Shown: positions 1 to 10,401 of the stretch, piece after piece
How positions within the stretch are numbered: the stretch's first letter is position 1
How the letters are laid out: every line of letters starts with the position of its first letter
NCBI RefSeq assembly: GCF_030028105.1
Contig: NC_092376.1
Location: 163,710,212-163,774,211, forward strand
Direction of reading: 5' to 3'
Length of the DNA: 64,000 nucleotides
Origin: Mobula birostris
Lineage: Eukaryota
Made by a program: the position numbers and the translations under genes
Notes under the pieces: generated by a model
The model's input: only the letters and a program-made list of their open reading frames with translations
Told to the model about the DNA's origin: nothing
Databases searched by the model: none

Positions 1-99
1 CGCAAATTTCCTCCAGACCATGGATTGCTCCTTTTAGAGCCTGCCACAGGCCTGTTTCAATATATATTCCTTTATGACTCTGCTGGCTTTGTCAAAGTT

Positions 100-605
100 A
101 AAAATCAAAGCCAAAGTATATTCATTATCAAAGTATGTATGTATACGTTACCTTATACAACCTTGGGATTCATTTTCTTGCACACCTTTACAGAAAAATA
201 AATACAATAGAATTTAAGAAAAACTATGCATAAACAAAGACAAACAAATAACTAATGAAGAAAAGAAGACAAAGTGCAAATAAAGAGTAATACTGAGAAC
301 ATGAGTTATAAAGAGTTCTTGGAAATGAGTTTATAGGTTGCCGAATCAGTTCAGAGTTGTGGTGAGTGATGCTTTGCATGCCAGTTCAATAGCCTTATAG
401 TTCAGGGTAATTCCTGTTCCTGAACCTGATGGTGTGGGATCCAAGGCTCTTGCAACTCTTTCCTGATGGCAGCAGCAAGAAGAGAGCATGGCCTTGATGC
501 TTGGTGGGGGTCTTTGATGATAGATGCTGCTTTCTTGTGACAGTGCTCCTTGGAGATGTGCTCAATGGTGGGGAGGGCTTTGGCTGTGATGGGTCTGGGT
601 TGTAG
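100..605 (-). mobile_element. Degraded Rex1/Babar-like LINE 3' fragment
   Basis: Similar to 27240-27780 (cctgatggtgtgggat...cctgatggcagcagcaagaagagagcatgg, the antisense of HALFxLLPSG). Boundaries approximate. Confidence 0.6.
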
Positions 606-1000
606 TCAGGGCTGCTAAGCTGTTTTGGTTAATAAACATTGAAGCCTCCATCTGCAATACATTTATGGTTTTTATTTTTACAAATGAAGCAAAAAAGCTT
701 CCAAATAAGCAATCTTATTTCAGTTTGAATGAAACTCTTTACACCATATTAACTGTGGTGTCCATTTTAAATAACTAAAGGAAATTTCTACATTTACAGT
801 TAGGAAATAAAGGAAACTGTCAAGAACTTGTGACACCGCTCTCATCTTCTGACCATCTTTGCCAATTAATGAATAGCCAATGGCTTTTCTACAGCTTCTG
901 GTCTGTTATCTATTAATGTAAGAGCCAGAATTTAATCCCCATCCCCATAAATGTGTGTTGAGGTTGATAGCTAAAATATCTCTTTTCTTTTCTAATGATC

Positions 1001-1547
1001 TACAAAACTGCGCAAAAAAGTCTTAGGCACATATTTATAGCTAGGATGCCTAAGACAGTATTGTACTTGTCATGGAGCAAAGAGCGAGTTTGCTAATCTA
1101 GCAGGAGCAAAGGATGTTGGAAACGGTGAGGGTAGAGCACCACAGAAGGGGTGTGGGACAGGAGGCAGAGAAGGAATGCCAGGGCTGATGGGGGAGGGTT
1201 GGCATGGATGTAGACACACCCAGCTCTGAGACACCAAGTAAGGTCACTTGATTCAAAATAATTGATTTAATGATCATTACTGAATGTCTCTCTGATACTT
1301 CCCACTCCCTCTTCTCTCCCTTCCCCTTTTCCCCACTCACGATTCCCCTCTCCTTTCCCTCATCTCACTCTCAGTCCACCATAGAGACCCATATCAGAAT
1401 CAAGTTTATCATCCCTCACATATGTCATGAAGTTTGGTTTTTTTTGTATGGCAGCAATATAGTGTAATACTTAAATTACTACAATACTGTAGCAAAGTCT
1501 TAGGCACCCTAGATAGATATACTGTATGGCTTGTGCACAGTATTGTA
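1001..1547. mobile_element. Non-autonomous Tc1/mariner-like element with palindromic ends
   Basis: Begins TACA and ends TGTA. Left end has a 10-bp inverted repeat gtcttaggca/tgcctaagac (1020-1029, 1047-1056). Right end has an 11-bp inverted repeat tacaatactgt/acagtattgta (1480-1490, 1537-1547). Confidence 0.6.
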
Positions 1548-1569
1548 TGCCTAAAATTCTGGGGTCACA

Positions 1570-1845
1570 TAGCATAGAAACATGCCCATCACTTACACCA
1601 ACCCTATATAAATCCCTCTTTATTTTCCTCACACTCTCATCAACTTTACTCCAGATTCTACCACTCAGCTACACACGAGGGGCAGTGGCCAAATAAATTG
1701 CCACCGTGTACCTCTTTGGAAGACCGGAGGAAAGTGGAGTGCCTAAGGGAAACCCACACAATTATAGGGACGATATGCAGACTACACAGAGCATCCAAGT
1801 TCAGGATTGAATCCAGGTTGCTGGGGATACGTAGCACCACCTGCT
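1570..1845 (-). mobile_element. V-SINE/HE1-like tRNA-derived SINE, degraded
   Basis: ggaggaaagtggagtgcctaagggaaacccacac...ggattgaatccagg is the antisense of a V-domain-like core and B box. Related copies occur near 3000, 3960, 38010 and 42240. Confidence 0.55.
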
Positions 1846-2379
1846 TGGAAGAGGTCTAAAGATAGGTCACCCATACATCTGACGATTCCTGCTTATCTCC
1901 CAATATGTGCTTCGCCAGTTTTATCAATTTGAAGATCCGATTCAATGTTTCACAATTGGACAAACACAAAAACTGTAAACAATTCAAACACTTAACCTCG
2001 ACTACAGGGTTTTCTATCTCATGTGAAAAAGCCAAGAGGCCCATATCAGTCACTTAAACACACACTGACATAGATTACACAGTCAAGCATTTTTTTTCAC
2101 ACTTTCATCGTCACTGCTACTTGCATATCAGAATTTATTCACCTGGAAGATTGATGAAGCTCTCAGCTACACACAATTAATTCCAGAATTTTGCTACTGG
2201 TTACCTGACAATGGAAACAAGTGGTTTACGATTATAAATAGTAGACAGGCAAAGTAAGTGAGAATTTTGTTTTGGCCTTTTTCTCTGAATAGAACCCCTG
2301 ACCTTCCTTGCAGACCTGATACGTCTTCCATTTGTGGCAAGAAATTCAGACTATCAGCTTTAAAACTAACGAATGTCGA

Positions 2380-2742
2380 CAGTTCCATCGCAGGCACCAA
2401 CCCCTCCCTCCCCAACCATTGAGGACATCTCAAGAGGTGGTACCTCAAGAACATGGCAACCATCACTCAGCACCTTCACTATGTGGCATGTTCCCTTCAC
2501 GTTACTACCATGAGGGAGGAGATACAGGAGCCTGAAGACCCATGCTCAACAATTTAGAAACAGCTCCTTCCCCTCTACCATCAGGTTTCTGAATGAGTGA
2601 TGAAGCCATGAACACTACCTCACTAATTCTTTTTCTTTGCACTATTTATTAATTTTCTTAATTTTATGTCTTTGCACCGTACTGCTGCCACAAAACAACA
2701 AATTTCATGTCATATGTCAGTGATAATAAACCTGATTCTGAT
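2380..2742 (+). mobile_element. Rex1/Babar-like LINE 3' fragment
   Basis: Degenerate LP-GRRYRSL-like coding remnant, then a 3' UTR ending aataaacctgattctga; antisense-similar to 17360-17670. Confidence 0.55.
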
Positions 2743-2999
2743 GAATAAAATCAGCAGGAAGAAGATGCTATTTTTTGCAATGAATGCAATACATGTGAGA
2801 TAGTTAAATAGGTGGTTGAAATGCTGCATGGTCAGATTTAATGATTTATTGAAATTGCACCAATACACTCAATCAGATTCTCTGCATTTGGACATCTGAC
2901 CACACCGATAGACAATTCTGTATCATGCTGCAACCAGTCAAGCCTCCTTTAATTGATCCTACCATTTCTAATGTTAATTGTTGCCAAATTGTCAAGCAT

Positions 3000-3200
3000 A
3001 TAGTGATACTGTGGCAGTTACAGCCAGCTCTGAGCTCCAGTCATCCAGATTCGATACTGACCTCCTGCTCAGTTTGCGTGAAACGTGACTGATAGAGTTT
3101 CCTCAGGTGTTCCAGTTTCCTACCAAACCCAAAACAATACTGGTGGGATTGTTAATTGGCTACTATAAACTACCCTTTGCGTACATGGCTGGTGGAAAAA
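3000..3200 (+). mobile_element. V-SINE-like SINE, degraded
   Basis: gattcgatactgacc B-box-like motif and gtttcctcaggtgttccagtttcctacc core. Confidence 0.45.
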
Positions 3201-3234
3201 TTAGTTGCGGAGAGGGTTGTCAACTAGCATGGAC

Positions 3235-3793
3235 ATTCATTAATTACTTTATTACGTACGTCCTGTACGTAGTAAAGTGATCACTGAGTTCATGGTCTTC
3301 TTTAGCTTTAGCCCACCCACTTCAGGGTTCAATGTGCTATGTGTTCAGAGATGTTCTTCTGTACAACACTCTTGTAATGCATGGTTATTCGGGTTACTGT
3401 TGCCCTCCTGTCAGCTTGAACCAATCTGGCCATTCTCCTCTGACCTCTCTGATAACAGTGTTGTTTTTTCTCACAGAATTGCTGCTCACTGGATGTTCTC
3501 TGTTTCTCGCACCATTCCCTGCAAGCTCCAGAGACTGTTGTGTGTGAAAATCCCAGGAGAACAGCGGTTTCTGAGATACTCGAATCAACCCGTCTGGAAC
3601 AAGCAATTATTACATGGTCAAAGTAGATCACATTTCTTCCCTATTCTGGTGTATGATCTAAAGAGCAACTGAAACTCTTGACTATGCCTGCATGCATTCA
3701 TGTATTGAGTTTGTGCCACATGATTGGCTGATTAGATATTTGCATTAACGTGCAGGTGTACAGATGTACCTAATAACGTGGCCGCTGAGTGTA
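3235..3793 (-). mobile_element. Non-autonomous Tc1-like transposon with transposase N-terminal (HTH) remnant
   Basis: ORF 3329-3631 reads SISETAVLLGFSHTTVS...GQRRMARLVQADRRATVTRIT. TIR gtacctaataacgtggccgctgagtgta ends in TA. A second copy lies at 19664-20210. Confidence 0.8.
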
Positions 3794-3809
3794 ATAAAGC
3801 CATAGATTA

Positions 3810-4130
3810 ATCAAGAGATACAGCAAAGAAACAGGCCCTACAGCCAATAATGCCCATGACTACTACCAGGCATTAATTTTATGCTATTTTATCCTATCCC
3901 AATCTGTTTCCTTCACATTCGGACCATTCTTTCCAATGTTGCTGTTCACCTGCACATAAGAGGCAATTTGCAGTAGTCAGTTAATTTATCCAACACCCAC
4001 ATCACTGGGAATGGACGAAACACACAAACTCATGAGAAGAACTCTCAGACTCCATACTGATAGAACCTGAGGTCAGGATCGAACTCTGGATTGTGAGTTT
4101 ACCAATCTAAATCTGTGTCACTGGCTGCTT
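3810..4130 (-). mobile_element. V-SINE-like SINE, degraded
   Basis: Similar to 1570-1845 (ggcaatttgcagtagtcagttaat...ggtcaggatcgaactctgg). Confidence 0.45.
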
Positions 4131-4310
4131 GCTTGTGGAGGAATAGGTGAAATAGAAATAAGTGGGACAATAAGAGCTAACCTAGATTTTCGGGGCTGCA
4201 TAATGCATTAGTATAAGGGAGATGTGAAAATCTACTCAACATAACATCAAAGTTCCTGTCATTGAACAATAACTGGCTCACCTTGGACAATCAGAACATG
4301 TGTAATAATG

Positions 4311-4815
4311 TGTAATACACTCAGGTTGGAAAGATGAAGCCACACTCAGGTTGGAGGAACAACACCTTATATTCCCTCTGGGTAGCCTCCAACCTGATGG
4401 CATGAACATCGACTTCTCTAACTTCCGCTAATGCCCCACCTCCCCCTCGTACCCCATCCGTTATTTATTTTTATACACACATTCTTTCTCTCACTCTCCT
4501 TTTTCTCCCTCTGTCCCTGTGAATATACCCCTTGCCCATCCTCTGGGTCCCCCCCCCCCCAGTCTTTCTTCCCGGACCTCCTGTCCCATGATCCTCTCGT
4601 ATCCCTTTTGCCTATCACCTGTCCAGCTCTTGGCTCCATCCCTCCCCCTCCTGTCTTCTCCTATCATTTTGGATCTCCCCCTCCCCCTCCAACTTTCAAA
4701 TCCCTTACTCACTCTTCCTTCAGTTAGTCCTGACGAAGGGTCTCGGCCTGAAATGTCGACTGCACCTCTTCCTAGAGATGCTGCCTGGCCTGCTGCGTTC
4801 ACCAGCAACTTTTGT
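4311..4815 (+). mobile_element. Penelope-like element, truncated (end of GIY-YIG ORF plus pseudo-LTR)
   Basis: Encodes DEATLRLEEQHLIFPLGSLQPDGMNIDFSNFR*, matching the ORFs at 35192 and 45685. Candidate 13-bp TSD atgtgtaataatg at 4298-4310 and 4816-4828. Confidence 0.85.
4726..4761 (+). ncRNA. Minimal type I hammerhead ribozyme motif
   Basis: agtc-CTGACGA-agggtctcggcct-GAAA-tGTC-gact: the conserved CUGANGA and GAAA cores with helix I (agtc/gact). Confidence 0.7.
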
Positions 4816-4858
4816 ATGTGTAATAATGGTTGCTTTAGAATGTAGAAGTACTGCACAG

Positions 4859-6700
4859 ATAGAAATATAGAAACATAGAAAATAGGTGCAGGAGTAGGCC
4901 ATTCGGCCCTTCGAGCCTGCACCGCCATTCAGTACAATCATGGCTGATCATCCAACTCAGAACCCTGTACCTGCCTTCTCTCCACACCCCCGATCCCTTT
5001 AGCCACAAGGGCCATATCTAACTCCCTCTTAAATATAGCCAATGAACTGGCCTCAACTGTTTCCTGTGGCAGAGAATTCCACAGATTCACCACTCTCTGT
5101 GAGAAGAAGTTTTTCCTCATCTCTGTCCTAAAAGGCTTCCCCTTTATCCTCAAACTGTGACCCCTCGTTTTGGACTTCCCCAACATCAGGAACAATCTTC
5201 CTGCATCTAGCCTGTCCAATCCCCTCAGAATTTTATACGTTTCAATCAGATCCCCCCTCAATCTTCTAAATTCCAGCGAGTATAAGCCTAGTCGATCCAG
5301 TCTTTCTGTATATGAAAGTCCTGCCATCCCAAGAATCAATCTGGTGAACCTTTTTTGTACTCCCTCTATGGCAAGAATGTCTTTCCTCAGATTAGGGGAC
5401 CAAAACTGCACACAATACTCCAGGTGTGGTCTCACCAAAGCCTTGTACAACTGCAGTAGAACCTCCCTGCTCCTGTATTTGAATCCTCTTGCTATGAATG
5501 CCAGCATACCATTCGCCTTTTTCACCGTCTGCTGTACCTGCATGCCCACTTTCAATGACTGGTGTACAATGACACCCAGGTCTCGTTGCACCTCCCCTTT
5601 TCCTAATCGGCCACCATTCAGATAATAATCTGTTTTCCTGTTCTTGCCACAAAAGTGGATAAACTCACATTTATCCACATTAAATTGCATCTGCCATGAA
5701 ATTGCCCACTCACCTAACCTATCCAAGTCACCCTGCATCCTCTTAGCATCCTCCTCACAGCTAACAGTGCCTCCCAGCTTCATGTCATCCGCAAACTTGG
5801 AGATGCTGCATATAGTTCCCTCGTCTAAGTCATTAATATATATTGTAATCAACTGGGGTCCCAGCACTGAGCCTTGCGGTACCCCACTAGCCACCGCCTG
5901 CCATTCTGAAAAGGTCCCGTTTATTCCCACTCTTTGCTTCCTGTCTGCCAACCAATTCTCTATCCACATCAATACTATACCCCCAATACCATGTGCTTTA
6001 AGTTTGCACACTAATCTCCTGTGTGGGACCTTGTCAAAAGCCTTTTGAAAATCCAAATATACCACATCCACTGGTTCTCCCCTATCCACTCTACTAGTTA
6101 CATCCTCAAAAAATTCTATGAGATTCGTCAGACATGATTTTCCTTTCACAAATCCATGCTGACTTTGTCTGATGATTTCACCGCTTTCCAAATGTCCTGT
6201 TATCACATCTTTGATAACTGACACCAGCATTTTCCCCACCACCGATGTCAGACTTACCAGTCTATAACTCCCCAGTTTCTCTCTCCCTCCTTTTTTAAAT
6301 ACCGGGGTTACATTAGCCACCCTCCAATCCTCAGAAACTAATCCAGAAGAGTTTTGAAAAATTATCACCAATGCATCCACTATTTCTTGGGCCACTTCCT
6401 TAAGCATCTGGGATGCAGACCATCTGGCTCTGGGGATTTATTTGCCTTTAATCCCTTCAATTTACCTAACAGCACTTCCCTACTAACATGTATTTCCTTC
6501 AGTTCCTCCATTTCACTAGACCCTCGGTCCCCTACTATTTCCGGAAGATTATTTATGTCCTCCTTAGTGAAAACAGAACCGAAGAAGTTATTCAATTGGT
6601 CTGCCATGTCCTTGTTCCCCATGATCAGTTCATCTGTTTCTGACTGTAAGGGACCTACATTTGTCTTAACCAATCTTTTTCTTTTCACATATCTATAAAA
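4859..6700 (-). mobile_element. CR1 LINE, 5'-truncated, relatively young
   Basis: ORF2 pieces 6380-6688 and 4938-6407 are joined by a frameshift. The 3' tail is an (atagaaac)n-type microsatellite at 4859-4882. Confidence 0.95.
4938..6688 (-). pseudogene. CR1 ORF2 reverse transcriptase domain (partial, frameshifted near 6400)
   Basis: Motifs QHGFVKGKSCLTNL, YLDFQKAFDKVPH, GVPQGSVLGP, KFADD, RPHLEYCVQFWSP. Confidence 0.95.
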
Positions 6701-6809
6701 TAGATAGTTGGCTATTCCTGAGGTTGAGATATAATTTTAGTTAATCAATAAAGAAAAATATATGATCAATTAGCGATAGTTACACTGTAAGTAATCCTGC
6801 TTGTTACAC

Positions 6810-7745
6810 TGTTATAGAACACTACAGCCCACTATACCTTCAGCCCAATACAGTATATCTGTGCTGAACATGGTGACACATTAAACTAAATCTCTTCTGC
6901 CTGCATATGACCTACATCCCACCATTCCATCTATATCATGCTTCCATTTAGAAATCTCTTAAACATCGCTATTGTATCTGCATACACCACTCTTCATGGC
7001 AGCTTTTCCAGGCATCTATGACTGCCTGTGTAAAAAATCTTGCCCTGAACATTTCCTTTAAACTCTCCTTCCCCACTACCCACCCACCCCCACCCACCCC
7101 CACCACAGTCTTAAAGGCAGGTCGTCTAGCATTTGATATTTTAAATAATGTTAGAATCATGGAGTCATATAACACTATAGCACAGAAACAGACTCCTCGA
7201 CCCATATGCTGAACTATTAATCTGCCTACTCCCATCCACCTGTACCCGGACCACATCCTTCCATATTCCTCCCATCCATATATCTATACAAGCTTCTTTT
7301 AAATGTTCAAAATGAACCTGCATCCACCACTTGTGCTGGCAGCTCGTTCCACTGTAAATCGCCACACTCTGAGTGAAGAAATTCCACCTCATGTTCCTCT
7401 TAAACATTTCACCTTTCACCCTTTACCCATGCTCTCTGGATCTTATTTCACCCAACTTCATTGGGAAAAGACTGCTTGCATTTACCCTATCTATACCCCT
7501 CATAATTTTGTATACATCTATTAAATCTCCCTTCATTCTATTATGCTCTAGGTTATAGTCTTCTCCTATACAACCTTTCCCTATAACTCAGGCTCTCAAG
7601 TCCAGGTAACGTCCTCATAAACTTTCTGTACGGTCTACCCTATCAACATCTCTCACAACTTTATAAACTTCTATAAGTCCCCCTCTCATCCTCCAATGCT
7701 CCAGAGAAACCAACTCAAATTTGTCCAGCCTTTTCTTTTTAGCTT
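6810..7745 (-). mobile_element. Cluster of old CR1 3' fragments
   Basis: Antisense FFTQxV..W motifs (ORFs 6969-7256 and 7165-7419) and CR1-type 3' UTRs. Confidence 0.75.
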
Positions 7746-7869
7746 ATGTTCAAAATCCATCAAAATTCTAAACAAAGATGTCGCATTCTCTTCAATGGAA
7801 TTAAACATCTGGCTGTTTTCTCCTATCCTTACAATCATCTCTCAATAGCGTTGTTGGATAATCACTTAA

Positions 7870-8381
7870 AATTTATACCATAATTGCACATGACTGCATA
7901 ACCAAACACCCGAGTAATCACATTATCAAGTTCTCTGATGATAGGACAGTGGTGGGGCTCAATATCAACAATGATAAGTTGTACTATGGAGAGGCGAAGG
8001 AAGAGCATGAGGGTTGGTGCCAGGCAAATAACCTCATCCTCAATGTCAACAGAACAAAAGAGCAATGGAAACTGAAAGCAATTTCAAACTTCTGGGAGTG
8101 CACATCTCACACAACCTCTCATGGTCCCTGAACACACTCTACACAATCTGGAAAGGTCACCAACACCTCCACTTTCTTTGGAGGCTGAAGAGAGCTGGAC
8201 TATACAGTATGCATCTACTATACATCCACATCATTCTGCAGATGCACAGCAGAGAAAATCTTGATAAGCTGCATCATTGCATGGTTTGGAAACTGCACTG
8301 CGAGAAACAGGAAGGCTCTAGAAAAGGTAGTCAAAACTGCCTAACGCATCACTGACATCAGCATATCTGCCATCAAGGACA
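7870..8381 (+). mobile_element. Rex1/Babar-like LINE RT fragment
   Basis: WCQANNLILNVNRTKE, FKLLGVHISHNLSWSLNT, HLHFLWRLKRAG across shifted frames. Confidence 0.8.
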
Positions 8382-8383
8382 TA

Positions 8384-9225
8384 CAGTAGCATGCAAAAGT
8401 TTGGGCACCCCTGGTCAAAATTTCTGTTACTCTGAATAGCTAAGTGAGTAAAAGATGAACTGATTTCCAAAAGGCATAAAGTTAAAGATGACACATTTCT
8501 TTAATATTTTAAGCAAGAAAACTTTTCTATTTCCATCTTTTCCAGTTTCAAAGTAACGAAGAATGAAATGGGCCCAAAGCAAAAGTTTGGGCACCCTATA
8601 TGGTCAGTACTTAGTAACACCCCCTTTGGCAAGTATCACAGCCTGTAAAGACTTATTGTAGCTAGCTAAGAGTCTTTCAATTCTTGTTTGGGGGATTTTT
8701 GTCCATTCTTCCTTGCAAAATGCTTCTAGTTCTGTGAGATTCTTGGGTCATCTTGCATGCACTGCTCTTTTGAGGTCTATCCACAGATTCTCGATGATGT
8801 TTAGGTCAGGGGACTGTGAGGGCCATGGCAAAACTTTCAGCTTGCATCTCTTGAGGTAGTCCATTGTGGACTTTGAGGTGTGTTTAGGATCATTATCCTG
8901 TTGTAGAAGCCATCCTCTTTTCATCTTCAGCTTTTTTTACAGACAGTATGATGTTTGCTTCCAGAATTTGCTGGTATTTAATTGAATTCATTCTTCCCTC
9001 TACCAGTAAATGTTCCCCGTGCTATTGGCTGCAACGCAAGCCCAAAGCATGATCAATCCACCCTCATGCTTAACAGTTGGAGAGGTGTTATTTTCATGAA
9101 ATTCTGCACCCTTTTTTCTCCAAACATACCTTTGATCATTGCAGCCAAAAAGTTCTATTTTAACTTCATCAGTCCACAGGACTTGTTTCCAAAATTCATC
9201 AGGCTTGCTTAGATGTTCCTTTGAA
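8384..9225 (-). mobile_element. Tc1-like DNA transposon fragment (DD34E catalytic region, one IR/DR end)
   Basis: TA|CAGTAGCATGCAAAAGTTTGGGCACCC at 8382, with an inner direct repeat caaaagtttgggcaccc at 8580. Minus strand encodes [12 protein letters not shown] and [15 protein letters not shown]. Confidence 0.9.
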
Positions 9226-9239
9226 CCTTTTGAATAGAA

Positions 9240-10145
9240 CTTTCTGGCCTCTGGTTTCCTCCTCCTAAAGTCAATAATAAGCTCCTTGTTCTTGCTGATA
9301 TTGTGTAAGAGCTTGGCATGGCACCACTCAGCCAGATCACTAATCTCCCTCCTACGTGCTGATTTGTCACCACCTTTCATTCAGCCTACAACAGTGGTGT
9401 CATCAGCAAACTTTAATATGGCATTGGGCCTGTGCTTAGACACACAGTCATAAGTGTAAAGTGAATAGATCAGGGGGCTAAGTATACAGTCTTGCGATCC
9501 ACCTGTGCTGATGGAGCTTGTGGAGGAGATGTTGTTGCCAATCCCAATTGACAGGGGTCTGCAAGTGAGGAAATCGAGGATCCAATTGCACAAGGAGGGA
9601 ATGAGGTCAAGGTCTTGAAGCTTATTGGTTAGCTTTGAGAGGATGAAGATATTAAATGCCAAGCTGTGGTCAATAATGAGCATCCTGATGCATGTATCTT
9701 TGCTGTCCAGATGTTCCAGGGTTGAGTGAAGAGCCAGTGAGATGGCATCTGCTCTGGACCTGTTGCACCAGTAGGCAAATTGGACTGGATTCTAGTCTCT
9801 TCTCAGGAAGAGGTTGATATATTATCCTTCTTGTTATATATTATCCTTCTTGCATGCATTACTAAATGACAATAAAAGGGGACTGCGTGTCCTCATAATC
9901 ATAATAATAATATTTCAACACCAACCTCTCAAAGCAGTTCACCACTGAGGATGTAAGTGCTACTGGATGACACTCATTAAGGCAGGTTACCACATTCTTC
10001 TTAGGTACCGATTATAATTGAAGCCTGCTTGAAGCAGGTGTGTAGCTCATACTGCCAAGGTGAGGCATTAATGATCTCAGTGAACACTTCAGTCAGTTGA
10101 TCAGTACAGGTTTTTATGATTTGGCCAGGTACCCAATCTGGGCCG
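9240..10145 (-). mobile_element. Rex1/Babar-like LINE RT fragment, interrupted by the Gypsy element
   Basis: ORF 9381-9683 reads LCNWILDFLTCRP...LSPLIYSLYTYDC...KFADDTTVVG. It continues after 14697, collinear with the copy at 28000-28820. Confidence 0.85.
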
Positions 10146-10375
10146 TGTGGTAAGCCATGTATATATGTTGTAACTGGGTTACCTGTCTGGACACACCCCT
10201 CTGCTGACTGCCCCTGTGGCTCCTCCCACAGAGTCCTGTGTAAAGGTGTTCGCCTTGCCCCTCCCCCTCAGTCCGGGGGCAGACACTCACTATGGAGGTC
10301 GTATTGTACAGCGAATAAAAGCCTTTCAGTATTTTTACCAAACCTCAGTCTTTTGGAGTAATTGAAGGTGCTTCA
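10146..10375 (+). repeat. 5' LTR (230 bp)
   Basis: TGTGGTAA...GCTTCA with AATAAA at 10314. By manual alignment it differs from the 3' LTR by 7 substitutions and 1 indel. Confidence 0.97.
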
Positions 10376-10401
10376 ATTTTATTCGCTGTACGTTTTAAAA
10401 C

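Noticed and set aside
4418-4941. Recurrent Pro/Ser-rich ORFs (also near 34750, 35556, 43211, 45050)
   Set aside because: They are translations of the pyrimidine-rich Penelope pseudo-LTR, and the frames are not conserved between copies.
5170-6698. Plus-strand ORFs over the CR1
   Set aside because: They are antisense shadows of CR1 ORF2.
9000-9380. 126-aa ORF appearing to fuse LINE RT and Tc1 transposase
   Set aside because: It is a chance read-through across the junction of two decayed elements; neither domain is complete.
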